Below, piece after piece: positions 37,701 to 46,088 of a stretch of 63,229 nucleotides of DNA. Source of the stretch: Aplysia californica (taxonomy: Eukaryota). The number at the start of each line of letters is the position of its first letter. Position 1 is the stretch's first letter. The notes beneath the pieces were generated by a model, which made no database searches, was not told the origin of the DNA, and was given only the letters and a program-made list of their open reading frames with translations. The position numbers and the translations under genes were made by a program. The stretch is taken from the NCBI RefSeq assembly GCF_000002075.1, contig NW_004797581.1, positions 62,001-125,229 on the forward strand, in the 5' to 3' direction.

Positions 37701-38954
37701 TTAATTCTGCCTTGGCGGACCTCGTCTTCTTCGCCTTTCATCTTCCAAAATGGGTCTTTCATGAAGTTTGCTCACAAAACCTCAGATTTTCCATCTTGAG
37801 CTTTCCAGCCTCGTCTGAGACCGAGAAGGCTTAAGTTCTCAATCCGTGCTTCCTTAAGGTGTGAAGTGTAAGAGAAAAAAAAGGGCAGAATATATGAATA
37901 AAGCTTATTTTGAAGAATTTTTGATCCCTGAGGCAACAGCAAATGAAACCATATGTGGAGGGTACTTTGTAAATGGAGGCAAAAACTTGGCTTACTGTTT
38001 TGTGCTCTTTGTTTTCATTCTGAAGGAAAATGTGACTGCTGAGTTGAAACGGTTAGGATCTTCACAGGTACACACAAGTCATGAATTAAATTTCCTTTTT
38101 GGGAAGTTATTTTATCGAGTATCTTGCTGTATCCCACTCAGCTCGGGTTGATGCGGACTGAGAGGTTGCAGCAGCCTGCCTTCTAAGTTATCTGAATTGC
38201 GTTGATGGAGAGGGGAGGTGCTTAAAATTGATAAGACATTGATTGTAAATCAGAGAAAATATGTGTGTGTGCCTAGAGAAAGGTACCAAAAGTCGCCAGA
38301 GACCATTTTGAGGTACAGGCTGAAAAAGACAAAAAAATCACTTTTTTTTACCAAAATGTATTTCCATTTAAAAAATGATAGTTCCACCATTTTTTAACAA
38401 TGTGTTAAAAGAGTTTTAATTGATTTTACTTCTAAATAATGTATTTTGAATTATTTTGAATAAGATAAAGAAAAATGCTTTTAAAAGGTGTTGAAATCTA
38501 TTCTTGAAGCGCGTTTCCTCTTCCCCCTATGTTTTTCCCTTTGATTTCTAATTACGATATTGATATCAACTGAATGGCGATTTGAAAAAATATTGAATCA
38601 TCCTTTTTTTTCAAGTTTGTATGTGTTCTAAACATAAAAGCAAATTTTCTCAAAATGAGATCTTTATACCCTACCTCACAAAATGTGTAATATCTCAAAA
38701 ACTACTTAAGATATCTCAAAAAATTAAAAACCACTGTGTTCAGAATTGAATTTCCTATAAGGTACAACCCTTTACTCAAAATGGTTAAAATCCGACTTTT
38801 GGTACTTTTCTTTAGGCACACACACATATACTTGTCTACACAGTACTATTCTATAAATGGGTTCCTATATATGTCTTAACATTTTCTTGTTGCAGGGAGC
38901 GTTGTGTATCCACTTCATCTGGGGCACAAAGCTTGCCAGACTTTTCGGTGCTGA
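17..38954 (+). CDS. SMCR8: SMCR8 orthologue, 5'-partial, 24 coding exons: join(17..105,1179..1245,2569..2651,3826..3871,6732..6816,8792..8961,10032..10173,12139..12200,13043..13159,13953..14010,16011..16077,17731..17815,19304..19404,19737..20971,22713..22752,26688..26752,30832..30994,31424..31553,33065..33121,33611..33687,34832..34909,35434..35533,37388..37451,38896..38954)
   Basis: Manual splicing gives one open frame of 3240 nt ending in TGA at 38952-38954, with AG/GT boundaries and matching phases at every intron. Motifs recalled from vertebrate SMCR8 occur in order: FSVRILAVDHQ, EDAQVVLSD, VHHLVLYDNTARGFVRPYCIAYV, LKDLDHTK, FSLLSGRPVLV, NALAIFVP, WTSKPLRI, YLTEVAK. Confidence 0.95.
685..775. 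repeat. (CA)n microsatellite
   Basis: Imperfect CA run seen directly. Confidence 0.95.
1179..1245 (+). CDS. SMCR8: SMCR8 exon 2
   Basis: tttag|...|gtaag; (E)GFTITEDAQVVLSDAETGVYAF. Confidence 0.92.
2569..2651 (+). CDS. SMCR8: SMCR8 exon 3 (arginine-finger motif)
   Basis: ttcag|...|gtttg; VHHLVLYDNTARGFVRPYCIAYVTSEQ. Confidence 0.95.
3826..3871 (+). CDS. SMCR8: SMCR8 exon 4
   Basis: cacag|...|gtaat; (R)KLMHFYEELSVQFKK. Confidence 0.9.
4506..6210 (-). mobile_element. 5'-truncated RTE-clade LINE, split by a MITE
   Basis: Minus-strand peptides QFKYLG..., GKIEGKRGRGRPR, and after the MITE KGKVQGNVAFLRASERRNEWKTMIADVC; (TGA)n tail; 13-bp TSD CAACAAGAACCTC at 4493-4505 and 6211-6223. Confidence 0.92.
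4620..5629. mobile_element. Tc1/mariner-pogo type MITE nested in the RTE LINE
   Basis: Perfect 24-bp TIR CAGTAGTCTCCGCCTAAACGCACG; TA on both sides. Confidence 0.92.
6732..6816 (+). CDS. SMCR8: SMCR8 exon 5
   Basis: aacag|...|gtttg; VARYMKYGNKMLFVGDLERHLKDLDHTK. Confidence 0.92.
7525..7752. other. Assembly gap
   Basis: N run. Confidence 1.
8028..8214 (+). mobile_element. Short retroposon family A, old diverged copy
   Basis: GGTGGTTGGCAGGTGCTCTGGTGTGG head, pyrimidine-rich body, degenerate tail. Confidence 0.75.
8226..8394 (+). mobile_element. Short retroposon family A
   Basis: Head, body and stem-loop tail; TSD AACCCTTTTTG at 8215-8225 and 8395-8405. Confidence 0.88.
8792..8961 (+). CDS. 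SMCR8: SMCR8 exon 6
   Basis: ctcag|...|gtgag; (G)FLLNQVSKMR...EILSILKPLL; lies within ORF 8737..8994. Confidence 0.88.
10032..10173 (+). CDS. SMCR8: SMCR8 exon 7
   Basis: ttcag|...|gtaag; SDKKLEARFRLLEDRAF...DGLDVR. Confidence 0.88.
11741..12035 (+). mobile_element. Family A copy interrupted by a truncated L2-tailed SINE (~11759-11884)
   Basis: A head stops at GGGTGCTC, a segment matching 27078-27205 follows, then the A body resumes. Confidence 0.85.
12139..12200 (+). CDS. SMCR8: SMCR8 exon 8
   Basis: tgcag|...|gtggg; (C)GSLNEPRLSPLSLFKPREYK; phases fit both neighbours. Confidence 0.82.
13043..13159 (+). CDS. SMCR8: SMCR8 exon 9
   Basis: cacag|...|gtgtg; PLLVETKKAKRFNAPLRGIHELCSWGAKEGLRRLRHIHE. 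Confidence 0.9.
13953..14010 (+). CDS. SMCR8: SMCR8 exon 10
   Basis: ttcag|...|gtaag; YFKRSYLVLELEKNESKLF. Confidence 0.88.
14383..14622. mobile_element. piggyBac-like MITE
   Basis: TIR CCCTATCCGTACG / CGTACGGATAGGG; flanks TTAG (left) and TTAA (right). Confidence 0.75.
14725..15266 (-). mobile_element. tRNA-headed SINE family C
   Basis: Aligns by eye with 47254-47745 and 62112-62648; ends in the shared CATATG.CCTTATGCAGTTGCGAGCGCCGTAAAAC tail. Confidence 0.85.
15385..15600 (+). mobile_element. Decayed L2-tailed SINE fragment
   Basis: Similar to 27005-27205; (TAT)n tail. Confidence 0.7.
16011..16077 (+). CDS. SMCR8: SMCR8 exon 11
   Basis: cccag|...|gtgcg; (R)PGYCSISHGQCITGNFLAGVH; the donor is less canonical but the phase fits. 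Confidence 0.78.
16268..16446 (+). mobile_element. Short retroposon family A
   Basis: TSD ACAGTAAAA at 16259-16267 and 16447-16455. Confidence 0.85.
16681..16735. repeat. (TA)n microsatellite
   Basis: Seen directly. Confidence 0.97.
17040..17218 (+). mobile_element. LINE 3' fragment (RTE-like); a related copy lies on the minus strand at ~21170-21340
   Basis: Mutual similarity (GCTAGCC.AGGAT.GAGAAAGGTGGAAAGTGTTTGTTC); (GAT)n tail. Confidence 0.65.
17302..17470 (+). mobile_element. Short retroposon family A
   Basis: Head, body and GGCACTT...AAGTGCC tail. Confidence 0.85.
17731..17815 (+). CDS. SMCR8: SMCR8 exon 12
   Basis: tctag|...|gtgag; (M)KRFQGNMDGPEQEWWAMFNSHHWGSQGS. Confidence 0.82.
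18872..19111 (+). mobile_element. tRNA-derived SINE (5' decayed)
   Basis: B box GGTTCGAGT, GTCCACCCAGCAGTAATGGTTACCTGAC core-type motif, CTTTACTTTTA tail. Confidence 0.65.
19304..19404 (+). CDS. SMCR8: SMCR8 exon 13
   Basis: Strong pyrimidine tract, tccag|...|gtata; LDSLESFKSADSFSSYVGSRNISPSSYQTYDSQ. Confidence 0.87.
19737..20971 (+). CDS. SMCR8: SMCR8 exon 14 (large Ser-rich, probably disordered linker)
   Basis: tgcag|...|gtgag; 1235 nt, corresponds to the 414-aa ORF 19738..20982. Confidence 0.92.
22713..22752 (+). CDS. SMCR8: SMCR8 exon 15 (40 nt)
   Basis: ctcag|...|gtaat; (D)FVDLTTAATTGT; needed to bridge phase 1 to phase 2. Confidence 0.7.
23367..26323 (+). mobile_element. Internally deleted pogo/Tigger-like DNA transposon containing a LINE insertion
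   Basis: TIR CAGTAGAAC(T/A)TG(A/G)CTAT, TA flanks; transposase N-terminal relic MASNKDKRKCFSLEFK at ~23688. Confidence 0.82.
23800..26183 (+). mobile_element. 5'-truncated, degenerate I-group LINE (RT + RNase H + zinc knuckle)
   Basis: APGPDKI, YQPISLTSCIGKLAERMV, DLQQAYNRVW, GLPQGS, IHVYTDGSA, IQWIPGHSNIPGNDRAD across frameshifts and stops; (CAA)n tail directly after the ORF end. Confidence 0.93.
26688..26752 (+). CDS. SMCR8: SMCR8 exon 16
   Basis: ttcag|...|gtact; (W)KPRNGLYSVGDWLNNLGPGRP. Confidence 0.75.
26869..27206 (+). mobile_element. Full-length tRNA-derived SINE with L2-type tail
   Basis: A box TGGCCTAGTGG, B box GGTTCGAATCC, central GTGTCCTTGGG...CCACCCAGGTG...ATGGGTACC, tail TGTAAAGCGC...GCGCTATACAAATG(TAT)n. 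Confidence 0.88.
27390..27705 (-). mobile_element. LINE RT C-terminal fragment (RTE-like)
   Basis: LKQVKEFKYLGS...IFIPTLCYQCQT in ORF 27494..27769. Confidence 0.75.
27845..28021 (+). mobile_element. Short retroposon family A (well-preserved copy)
   Basis: 14-bp TSD AAAGTTAGGTTTGA at 27831-27844 and 28022-28035. Confidence 0.92.
28487..29354. mobile_element. Tc1/mariner-pogo type MITE
   Basis: Imperfect TIR (T)AGTGGACCTCGGATGCAACAAA / TTTGTTGAATCCGAGTTCCACTG followed by TA. Confidence 0.75.
29728..30115 (+). mobile_element. Short retroposon family B
   Basis: Collinear with 34390-34807 and 36125-36523; shared stem-loop tail. Confidence 0.88.
30541..30712 (+). mobile_element. Short retroposon family A
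   Basis: Head merged into a G run; body and tail recognisable. Confidence 0.8.
30832..30994 (+). CDS. SMCR8: SMCR8 exon 17 (cDENN)
   Basis: aacag|...|gtaga; (G)HCILEVLASYGHLQHVVFSLLSGRPVLVAG...NALAIFVPVAR. Confidence 0.94.
31424..31553 (+). CDS. SMCR8: SMCR8 exon 18
   Basis: ttcag|...|gtcag; (R)RRHSVLEWTSKPLRIGDLTKLRLVGIC...SAIK. Confidence 0.93.
33065..33121 (+). CDS. SMCR8: SMCR8 exon 19
   Basis: catag|...|gttag; RACTIIDVERKVIIAPPYQ. Confidence 0.9.
33611..33687 (+). CDS. SMCR8: SMCR8 exon 20
   Basis: ttcag|...|gtaag; GHLITQLMSKRKVLKTDVQFLAYLE. Confidence 0.88.
34390..34807 (+). mobile_element. Short retroposon family B
   Basis: 12-bp TSD AGTCATCTGTTC at 34378-34389 and 34808-34819. 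Confidence 0.92.
34832..34909 (+). CDS. SMCR8: SMCR8 exon 21
   Basis: ttcag|...|gtaag; (W)WLMDIFAKVFIFFHSFCLGSAGSIL. Confidence 0.88.
35434..35533 (+). CDS. SMCR8: SMCR8 exon 22
   Basis: ctcag|...|gtcag; (Y)SHNPRDQRDAYGQTVSGIMTRLEVKDSDCEIVE. Confidence 0.86.
35618..35790 (+). mobile_element. tRNA-headed SINE family D with an inverted 5' end
   Basis: Body matches 43580-43737; fragments also at ~18090-18180 and ~38125-38200. Confidence 0.7.
36125..36523 (+). mobile_element. Short retroposon family B
   Basis: 13-bp TSD AAAATCATACCAG at 36112-36124 and 36524-36536. Confidence 0.92.
37132..37317 (+). mobile_element. Short retroposon family A
   Basis: 11-bp TSD CTGTTGATGTG at 37121-37131 and 37318-37328. 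Confidence 0.92.
37388..37451 (+). CDS. SMCR8: SMCR8 exon 23
   Basis: Branch-like ctctaac at ~37350, cacag|...|gtgag; YLTEVAKISRLEPHVWHGSDP. Confidence 0.88.
38262..38826. mobile_element. TA-flanked MITE
   Basis: ~35-bp imperfect TIR TGTGTGTGTGCCTA(G/A)AGAAA(G/A)GTACCAAAAGTCG; TA on both sides. Confidence 0.82.
38896..38954 (+). CDS. SMCR8: SMCR8 terminal coding exon
   Basis: tgcag|; (G)SVVYPLHLGHKACQTFRC-stop; its length matches the short SMCR8 C-terminal tail. Confidence 0.85.
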
Positions 38955-39133
38955 TGATTTGTTTCTATGGCAATGAACTTAAAAAGTGCGCTGTTGAATT
39001 CTTTGATTCATTCAAAGCATGGCCATATACAAGGCGTCTTTCTACTGCTTGCTTTGTATCCCAGATGTTGCCAGTGTTGTTAAGTGAACAAGAATCTGAA
39101 GGTCCGGAAGATGGTATCTACTCAGTTTCAGGC

Positions 39134-39365
39134 CATCATCATCATCATCATCTGGTGCCTTGCCGACTAGCGTGGGCGATCATGGACCTCCACTTCCCTC
39201 TGTCTTGCGTTGCAGCAATGGTGTCTGTTGTTTTTGCTGCTCCTAGCCATGTTGTCATCTTGCCCAGTATCTTTTCCCTCTGTCTGCCTCTGCCTCTCTT
39301 TCCGTCAAACTTGCCTGTTGTTACCTTATTCTCCAATGCTTCTTTCCGCATTGTGTGTCCGCAGA
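39134..39365 (-). mobile_element. RTE-clade LINE 3' fragment in the probable SMCR8 3' UTR
   Basis: GKFDGKRGRGRQREKIL...WRSMIAHASRQGT; (TGA)n tail. Confidence 0.88.
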
Positions 39366-40322
39366 AGCATAGGAGAATATTGTAACAACATCGTGCAACT
39401 GCTAAAAAAATCTCGAGTCAGCAATGAACTGGAAACATAAGGGCTTGTCTGGTCAACTGTGTAATGTCAGAGGTGAAAGAAGAACAAGCGTGTGTGGTGG
39501 CTTAGGTCTGTTTTAAGACTGCCAAAATATGTATACCTTGATATTATCAAGACATCACTCTTATTCCACAATTTCCCAACTCAGTTTTGTGATGTGTTTG
39601 AGCTGGACAATGTAGCCTACTGTAGTCCCTGATTCATGTTTTATCCTTTCACATCCTAGATTAGTAGGCTATGTAGATAATTTTCGACTGTTAAAAACTT
39701 CTGATCCCAAAAAAAGATAAATGTCATGATTGTCTGAGACGGCCACCCATTTTGGGGGAGAAAAGTAGTTGTCTGGGGCAGGACGGATCAGAATGGAAGA
39801 AAAACGACAAACCATTTCTTTGTAAGATCCCAGTCAGAAGTGGTCATATGTTTACGACTGCTATAAGGCCCATTAGAATGTGGGGGTTTTTTCTTATAGA
39901 AGGAGGGTGGAAAGCTAGGTTTTGTGAGTGAAATTCTTTTGAAGTGTATCAGTAGTATCAGACAAAGAAGACGGTGAGCAGTGCAAGTGTAAATCTAAAC
40001 AAAATGTGTTAGTTGAGGAAGATCGGGTGCCATGGTAAAACAGACTGTGGTCTCCGCCACTCCGCGGATGAGCGGCATTCTGTCGCAAGTACATGTTGAC
40101 GTCCATTGTTACCCACTGGGTAAACAGAGTGACTGCTCCCCAGGTGAATGGATTATGATGGTTCTTCCTCAGCATCAGGGGCTGATGTATAGTTCGTGGT
40201 AATTAATGGGTTTTGAGAGATTTGCGTGGCCACCTTAGACAGATTTTGTTTGAGCTGTTGGTTGATAAAATATAGTGGCCATGACCATGTTGGACCGGTG
40301 ATCGTTTTACCCTGTACCACTA

Positions 40323-40500
40323 TGGGTGGTTGGCGGGTGCTCTGGTGTGGTTTGCTTCTTCTTTCCGATTGAACATCTATCATCCTGATCTTTCCTCCTT
40401 CTTTTTTATGTTTGTTACTCTCTTGTAACACCTCTAATGTTTGGCACTTATATGACCTTATTGTGTTGCAAATGCCGTAAAACTCTTACTAAAACTAAAA
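40323..40500 (+). mobile_element. Short retroposon family A
   Basis: Head, body, tail and (CTAAAA)n end. Confidence 0.88.
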
Positions 40501-42037
40501 TAGTTCCGTTATGTAGATAAAACTTGAGGGGGGAATGGAAAGTAGCTGTTTGTACAGGTGGCCGTCTTAACAGATTTTACTGTAATTATCTCATTCCATA
40601 TGTGTTGCATCATATGATGCGATGAACAAGACCCATATTGATATTCCGTGTTGAGGGAAAAATACTCCCATGATCTACATTCAACAACTGTTCTGTCATT
40701 TAGTTATGTTCCTCCTTTGATAGTCTTGACGAGAATTTTTTATCTTTGACATTATCAATGCGACCCTCATCATGTCAGTCCCCGTCTAGTCAAGATTGGG
40801 AAATTTGGGCTTTAAAAATGTGTGAAGAATAGCTTATTTTTATGAATCACATCTTTTTTTTTCACTTCATGACTTTGAGCCGTACTTATTATGAAAGAAG
40901 AGATATTGACGTTTAATGTGTTATATCATGATGTTCAGTGTAGATCACTTAAACCGAGAATGATTAATCTGAAAATAGTGGTAATCCGAAAGAATACAGA
41001 ATCTCCGCTGTGTAAAAAAAACTACTGATTGGCGAAAATGCTCCTTTTTCTAAAATGAAAAGAATTTTGAGGATTATGTCTTCTCATTTTTCACTAGAAA
41101 TTCAAGTAGTGTAAATCATATAATGTAACATGTTTCAAATGAGGAAACAAAAGAGTTACAAAGATGCATGCGAGTCGATTTTGGGTCAGAGAGAAACATC
41201 GCCGGTGTACTGTTAACCTACTTTTATGACTCACATTGATTGACCTACGCACTGTGTATAGGCTATTGAAACTAGAATTATGAATGTATGTCTGTCACTT
41301 GACTTTTTGGTGGGTCATGACCTATTGTCTCTGCGAAGCTAGTTCCCATATGAGGAGTCTATTAAAAAAACAGACAGTCACAATTCTGGAAAATGAGAGG
41401 ATATCAATTTTAAGATTTTATAGACTCTAAACTGCATTTCTTTTCGACTTTTTATTATTATTATCATTATCGTTGTTATTATTATTATTAATTGAATAGG
41501 AAATCAAAGAAAAATAATCGATTGACTGTCGAATAGAAATGAAGTCGAGAAGTTTAAAAAAAATTGATGTCCCCCTCAATTTCTATTTGGTGATATTGCC
41601 CGTTTTTCATGTGAACGTGTTACTAACATCAGGTCTTATCAATATCACTTCTTTAGCGGGCAAAACGCTTTACAGTTTAGTTCAACGTGCTGATCTACTC
41701 TTGCAGCTATTCTGCGTGACTGTTCGGTGGATTAACTTTTTAATATGTTCAGAGCCGCACTCTGCATCAGGCAGTTTTTCCTATATATGTGCTTAGAGCC
41801 ACACACTACGGCACTGAAATCGATGACGTGTAGTAATGTGAAAAAATCATTTTCTGTTGTGAAAAATTAATTATTAAGTTTCTCCAACTACCGCCACACC
41901 TTTGCCAAATGTCCAAAACTTTATATTGGCATTATATCATTCGTATCCATGGTTTCAGTGACACAGGACGTGGCTCCTATCAAATATCTATTTATCATGT
42001 GGGGATGTAATTTTTAAAATGTAAGGCATATAGGCTA

Positions 42038-42840
42038 CAGTGGAAACCATATATAACAGGCCCGGTAATAACAGGGATCCGGTAATAACAGGGATTTTTT
42101 AAATCCCCGATTTTTCCTACTCTTTGTCTCTATTAAAAGTTATCGGCAATAACAGGGCCCTATCGGAGCCCAACTGGCTATAGCAGGGACAAAGGCTCGT
42201 TAACGATGTGTAAAAAGTGAGAGAGAGAGAGAGAGAGAGAGAGTAATGCAGTGATGGAGCAAGCCCATGCAAGCCATGCCACTGCAAGCACACGCAGTGT
42301 GTGAAGCGAGAGAGGGCTGCGGTGTGCTGCAGACCTCAATCTAGCCCGAAACCCAGCAACACGCACGCGTAATGCGTCTACTGTCACCAACCATGTCAAG
42401 CGCAAGAGAAAATGTCTTTCAATTGACAAAAAAATACGAAATAATCCAGGCTATTGACAAAAAGCAAGCTCCACTGGCAGAGATTTGTCGTCAGTTCAAC
42501 ATTCCACAAGGGTCGGTTCATACCATTATCAAGGATAGAGAGAAGATAGTGGCAGCATACTCCAATGGAAAGTTTGCTCTGTATCGAAAGAAGTTGAGAC
42601 TGAGACTACCCAATGCAGATGCTGTGGACCAAGCTCTTCTGATGTGAGGCAATGGAGAAAGTTGGTACCAAAACCCCTGTTCGTGGGTACTTGTGGCAAA
42701 GGAAACTACTACCCATGAATAAGTACAGCTGGATTAGTCCTCAAATGCTTAATTTCCTTGCATTTCTGATTTAACAGGGATCGGATATAACAGGACATTT
42801 TCTCTACTCCCACCATCCCTGTTATATCAGGTTTCCACTG
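42038..42840 (+). mobile_element. Internally deleted pogo/Tigger-like element retaining the CENP-B-type HTH N-terminus
   Basis: TIR CAGTGGAAACC..ATATAACAGG, TA flanks; ORF 42372..42647 KKYEIIQAIDK...EICRQFNIPQGSVHTIIKDREKI...VDQALLM. Confidence 0.9.
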
Positions 42841-43579
42841 TATATATATATGTAATATATGTAATATATATATATTTACTGTTTAGATAAATTGGTACTG
42901 TTTTTAATTGGTATTTTCTCCTCAAATATGCAGTGGCTATTTATTTATGGTTGTACTGGTAAATCATACTATTTAGTTGAAATTTGAATAGCTTGAAAAA
43001 TTGTGTGTATAGAAAATATTGAACTCGACTTTTGATCTTTTATTTTGTATGAAAAAAAGTTGACCTAAAAACATCAATACATTTGTAAATATCTCACTGA
43101 AAAAAGTGAAATACTCATTTGATGAAAATGCCTGCATTTCCTGACATTTAAGTGTATGCTATACTTATTCTGTGATATATTATGTATTTTTTATCTAAAT
43201 ATTATGTTTTTTGTGTAAGGCCTTTGATCAGAATTTCATCAGGGGAAGAAATCCTGACAAATTCTGATCTTAACTCTATGCTCTTACAGGATGAAGCAGA
43301 CTGACAGTGTCAAAGAGAAAGCACAATATGCACATCCTGCAGCTTGAATTGCAATCACTGTAAAAGGTAGATGAGTAAACTTTCCAAAAGTGAAATTTGC
43401 TGCAACTGCAAGCATGGTATTCCCAATTCCACACTTTTGACAATCATTGTTGTGAGATACAAAAATTGAGAGGGCAAAGAACGAGTTTCTCCAGCCTTCC
43501 CTGAAGATATTAGAAAGTTAGTATTTTGGTGGGGGTTTACACAAGCTCGGTGCATGAATGTTCCAATCTCACCAGCATC

Positions 43580-43737
43580 TGTGGTGTAGTGGTTAGGGAA
43601 TTGCTGTCGCATGCAGGAGGCTCAAGTTCGATTCCTGAGTGGGGAATAAATTTTTATCGAGCATCTCGGTCTCTCTGCCTGGATGGTGTATCCCTCTCAG
43701 CCCAGGTTGACAGGATCAGAAGCCCACCTCCTTAAAA
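43580..43737 (+). mobile_element. tRNA-headed SINE family D
   Basis: A box TGGTGTAGTGG, B box AGTTCGATTCC. Confidence 0.75.
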
Positions 43738-44250
43738 CTCTTTGCGGTCTCTTGCTGCTATAATGCGACAGTGAAAATTATTCCGTCTGGTCACTTGCTG
43801 CAGTTCTGCGATAGGCCCAAGAAGTCTGCTGCAGTCACTCTCCTGGCTGGGTTACCAGATAGGGTATTTTGTACTGCTGGCTGTGTGACTGCAAAGTGTT
43901 AATGATCTAAATTGTGTCGATGCAGGTGTGGAGTAAAAAACATCTACATTTTTTTTTTAAATTTGTTCCAAATTTGGGGACCAATTTTGATGGAGAAAGC
44001 TGGTCTGAGTGCACTTTTTTAAAGCAATCTTTCTAAACCGAAAGTACAACCAAACAAGAAAACCCAGCGCCCTGCTGGTTTTGGTTCAGGTGATTTTCAC
44101 TGTATTATTATTATACATGAATTCTGAAGCCCATTGCTATTTTTTGGAATACAGTAAAATTCTGCAATTTTTTGTTGTGACCTCTGCCAAAATGGACCTT
44201 AAGACACAGAGCTCATGAAGTAAAACATACTACTATATTCAACATGTTTC

Positions 44251-44440
44251 GTTGGCAGGTGCTCTGATATGGTTTGCTCCTTCCTTCCTATCAAACATGA
44301 TCTATTGTCCTTGTCTCTCATCCTTTTTTTTCTGTTTGTTACTCTTTTGTAACACTTCTAATCTTCAGCACTATTATATGAAATATGATGTGACTGTTGC
44401 AAGTGCTGTAAAGCTTTTACTACAAAAATTACAGTAAGCA
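44251..44440 (+). mobile_element. Short retroposon family A
   Basis: 10-bp TSD AACATGTTTC at 44241-44250 and 44441-44450. Confidence 0.85.
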
Positions 44441-45658
44441 AACATGTTTCAGTCACCAATCAAGTGACTTAACTTGGACAAGTGTGGAGTGAGAGGGATA
44501 AACTGTTTAAACTTTGCTTGTGTGGGGGTTTTTTTTGGTGTTGACAGCTGGATTTTTGTGTGTGAGACAATTGCTAATGAAGTGTGAGTTGCCTTTCAAC
44601 ATTCCTCAATGAATTGTTTTGTTTTGCTTCAATATTGTACATTTTTTTGGTGCCATGGCTAGCATGGTTTTTTTTGGTGGTCACTCATGACTACATACTC
44701 AAATGTTTTGCTTGGCAAAATAGAGAGAATGTGATTGATTTAAATAAGTGTAACATTCCTGGAAACTTATATGATATATACAATGATGCATAATTTTTTT
44801 TACAGTTTTGATATGGTGGCCTGTGTCATAAATTATCATCATCCTTTTCCATAAGTAGCCTACATGAAGAAAATGCAAAAATAAGTTATGGTTCTCCTCC
44901 AGAGTTTGTCATGGCCCTTGCGACTGACAGAAATCATTCTGAGCTGCTGATTTTAAAATGTTGAACAGATGAAATATCTCTGTTCTCACCTAATGGTAAA
45001 GACACTAAGCAGTCGAATGTTTGGGTTCGCTTTTGAGCACAAGCTTTATATTTACCTGAGAAAGTATGGAAATTACAGTAAGGAAGGTTTTCCCACAGTG
45101 GTTGCTCCTGTCAGGTCTACATGCACTGTGATGGAAACTTTCTTTCTGTGAATTAAACAATTGTATGATGGTTGGGGCTGAATGTCCTTAACAGAGATTT
45201 TTCATTGTGTATTCAAGGAACATATGGTTGAATATCATTTGTAAGTAAGTTTATTCTATTAATAAGTATGTATGCAAGAGATACACTGAAAAAGCTTGCA
45301 AATATCTTCATATAAAAGACGTGAAGAGACAAGGCCAGTTGCTTTAAAAAAAAATAATTTCCCATAAACTGAGCATTTCCATAGATGGCCACTTTGTGAC
45401 ATAAACCATAATGTCCAGTCCATGATCACTGTTGCCGCTGAAAATATTTTCGGTGTCAGGATCTTGTGTCTTTGGTACCATGGTGTGATGGTTACATCCT
45501 TCATCTTTGCTTGCTGAAGACATGAGTTCAATTCCCACTCAGGGAAATTACATTGTATCTAGTATCTAGTCTAAATTGTATCCATAGGGTTGTAAAACTT
45601 CTACAATCAGTTGCCGTCTGAATGTATAGTACTCAGAGATGTAGTTCACATCGTCGAT

Positions 45659-45892
45659 TGAGTGCAAGAAGTGACTGACACACAGTTTCGTGAGAAAGAA
45701 ATGAGTTTGAATTTTTAAAAATATTGAAATCTCTATAACACAGTAAAAAAGAAACGTTAATATCTCGATATCGAATTCAGCTATGGCTTATTAGCTATAT
45801 AACAGAGGTAAAAGAGCGGCTTAAAATCTCATTAACCATTTCGATTACTTTGTGTCGACCAAAAGTGGATATGTAGTCACTTCTTGCACTCA
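45659..45892. mobile_element. MITE-like element
   Basis: Perfect 18-bp inverted repeat TGAGTGCAAGAAGTGACT / AGTCACTTCTTGCACTCA; no clear TSD. Confidence 0.6.
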
Positions 45893-45913
45893 GATATCGA
45901 TATATACAGTATA

Positions 45914-46088
45914 CAGTATAACACGGATAGCTCGAATCCATCAAGACTGGCCTTCGTATTCGAGGGATCCATAGTTAAAGGGATATCTTACAAAGATAAA
46001 GAAGAAGAAAAAAAACCTGGACCGCAGGCACAGTTCGACGGATGTGTGGTTTCGAGTCTTCTGTGTTCGACCTATCTGTGTTATACTG
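45914..46088. mobile_element. Tc1/mariner-pogo type MITE
   Basis: TIR CAGTATAACAC(G/A)GATAG(C/G)TCGAA; TA flanks. Confidence 0.85.

Noticed and set aside
39915-40431. Minus-strand ORFs downstream of SMCR8
   Set aside because: No recognisable homology; partly the antisense of a family A copy.
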